Of a stretch of 64,000 bases of DNA, positions 61,766-64,000 are shown in pieces. The stretch lies in assembly GCA_010093815.1 (NCBI GenBank), contig ML996570.1; one strand, written 5' to 3'. The DNA comes from Pseudovirgaria hyperparasitica (taxonomy: Eukaryota). A program made the translations under genes and the position numbers. The notes below the pieces were generated by a model. That model saw nothing but the letters and a program-made list of their open reading frames with translations, ran no database searches and had not been told where the DNA came from. Each line of letters begins with the position of its first letter. Positions within the stretch are counted from its first letter, which is position 1.

Positions 61766-62331
61766 AGGACTGCCTTGCTGCATAATCTCAGAGCCGACCA
61801 GTCAAAGGGAACTCCGTAATGATCGAGTGATGGAGATAGGATATCGGGGCCGTACAAGAATGTTTCGGAGCATACGTCGATCAGGGCAATATGTCGTCAG
61901 ACCCAACCTGTATCGATAGCCTGATGCCTGGCAATGTGGGCGGCCCGAAAAAAATTCCCTTTGGCGCAACGACAGATGATTGCAGCGATGTGAAGCGAGG
62001 GCAGCGATCGTAGGGTGGTCGTACACGATGTGATTCGACCTGAGTATCAGAGCTAGTCTCACCGGGGCGCAGGTATAGTGTGAGTGATTTGGGAACGAGG
62101 ACGTCGTAACCTGAATGGTGGACATCCGGTAGCAGTGGCGACATGTTCCAGAGAACGGGTAAGGGACGGGTCCTATTTCAGCCAGGCTCCATAAATACAG
62201 CGCGTCTTGCCCTGCGTCTTGGCTGGAGATTTGGTCCGGCTGTACAATTCGTGCTTGAGTGGGAGAAGCATAAGCCGGATGTGACAGCGGAATCTTTGAA
62301 AGTACTGAGTTCGACATAACGATTTGATGCT

Positions 62332-62379
62332 CGAGAGAACTAGATTACATGACCACGAGAGAACTAGATTACATGACCA
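62332..62379. repeat. 24-bp exact tandem duplication
   Basis: CGAGAGAACTAGATTACATGACCA x2. Confidence 0.9.
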
Positions 62380-64000
62380 CGATGTCGGACACGGAATTCC
62401 TGATTGACCTGTATATCCATTGTGAGTGGCAAATATCATATGGCACCGTGGATCATGCAGTAACTTACGCAAATAGTAATCGTGTGCGAGGAATTCAGCA
62501 CGCAGCAGCATTGAAATACTGGACCTGGAAAAGGTACGAGGCGCACATTTCAACAAGAATGAGGTATGACCGGTGGTGTTAGTTACGGTATTCTTTAGTC
62601 GTGACGTTCATATACGGCTTCTGGTCGCAAATGAGCAGCTACGAGACATGCGAGAGGCCCCTGAATGAAGTCTAGACTTTAGATGGCAGGCCTTGAAAGT
62701 CAGTCGAGGTAAGGTGTAAGGTAAGTTGTAGCAACATCGTAGCAAGCAGGTTTATAGACAGTGCTCATAGCGACGTCGAGATATTGTCATAGGCATAGCA
62801 TGGTGGATCCACATGGGGATTCGAGCGTATGAATAGCTGTCGGAGATGACTCCAGGGGAACACAAGCATGGAACACAAGCATGGAAGTAAGACAGCTATG
62901 ACCTGCAATGAGGGGCATATGAGGGCACTTTGCATGAATTTTGCGGAATGGATCGCTTGGACACATGTAGAGACCCCAGCTATTCCTCGAGTTCTGTCTT
63001 GCAGGAGCGGAGACATGAAGGCTTGTTGACAGCCGTTGCAAGTCTTGCGCAAAAGTCGTAGTGGAGCAACATACCTGTCAAAGTTCACGAGCTTTCGCGT
63101 CGCAACACGACGGAAGGGGAACCCTCGCACGTCAATACTATATCACATACTCGATGCATGATTTCGAAAGTGCTGACTACGCATCATGATAGGAAGGAAT
63201 ACTTCCAACGATATAATTGAATGCACGGGAAGGTTGTTTGTATAGTTTGAGTTGGTAGACAAAATAGACAGAAGACTCGAAGATTGTAGAAATATGAGAT
63301 GTAGCATGAGTATAGTTGGCACTTCGAGTGGAGTGGGATGCACATGTATTTTGATACTCAATGGTGGAGATAGTGTGTAGTAGGATGAAAGAACAGGTAG
63401 ACTTACCACAGTAGCTGAGGCGACGGCCTGAATACATGAATGTGGTGTGGCTTTCGAAAGAGTCTAAGACAAGAAGATGGCATTATGTTGTGGGTGTCGA
63501 GACGTACATAGTGCTAACTGGAAGTGTGTATGCCCCCAGGGTTGGACGTATTAGACGGAGTGAGCGTGTAATAATGTTTTGTTTGCTGGAAGACGAAAAA
63601 GATCAGAGGAGTAGCGTTAGCGTGCACGTGCATTTCGCTTCACGTGCAAAAGCAACATACAGTGACGCTGCGGTAAGGTGCACGGATGGAGCTCACCAGA
63701 CACTAGACTGGAAGAGGAAAAGACTGTGTCTGACGTCACTTTGGCGTCAGCACTCTGGTACATGAAAGTGATGACTAACTACTCTAGTATGCATGTTTAG
63801 AGATAGTAACGAAGCGTACAGAATGCTTTGTCAAGTGTAGCCTACGTCATATAATGGGAGAAAGGACAGCATTGTGCCTTCATTGCCCAGTAGCCCGACA
63901 GAGCACAAAGTTGTTTCGTATATTGACATTGTTTGTTAACGACGTGGAGCAGAGCAGAAAACAGACACAAAGGAGCAGAAATCGAAAAGGCATCATCACG

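Overview
Filamentous ascomycete (Pezizomycotina-like) genomic DNA in three blocks. (1) Positions 1-21.4 kb are ordinary gene-dense euchromatin: a C2H2+Zn2Cys6 transcription factor, a hypothetical protein, IMP1, a JMJD7-like JmjC enzyme, an IRS4-like EH protein, rhamnogalacturonan acetylesterase, DNA ligase IV, an inositol 5-phosphatase, and a HeLo/pseudokinase/IQ/Ssy5-like protease fusion. (2) Positions 21468-60594 are a 39.1 kb AT-rich, RIP-mutated block with almost no ORFs that resolves fully into nested transposons. A ~1.1 kb hAT-type element (8-bp TSD GTCTAACA) contains a minus-strand Gypsy chromovirus. That element in turn contains a 626-bp self-priming TRIM, a second 8.1 kb Gypsy chromovirus with a spliced antisense accessory gene, and a 21.9 kb TIR-bounded DNA transposon (22646-44587). 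The 21.9 kb element is the main finding: it encodes a Plavaka (CACTA/CMC-related) transposase plus cargo, namely a UPF1-like SF1 helicase with three CCHC knuckles, a SNF2-like ATPase preceded by 78-aa repeats, and several unidentified ORFs. (3) Positions 60.6-64 kb return to normal composition with a BTB/POZ gene. Protein motifs inside the RIP block were read by manually reverting TA to CA/TG, so they are reconstructions and the gene limits there are approximate.
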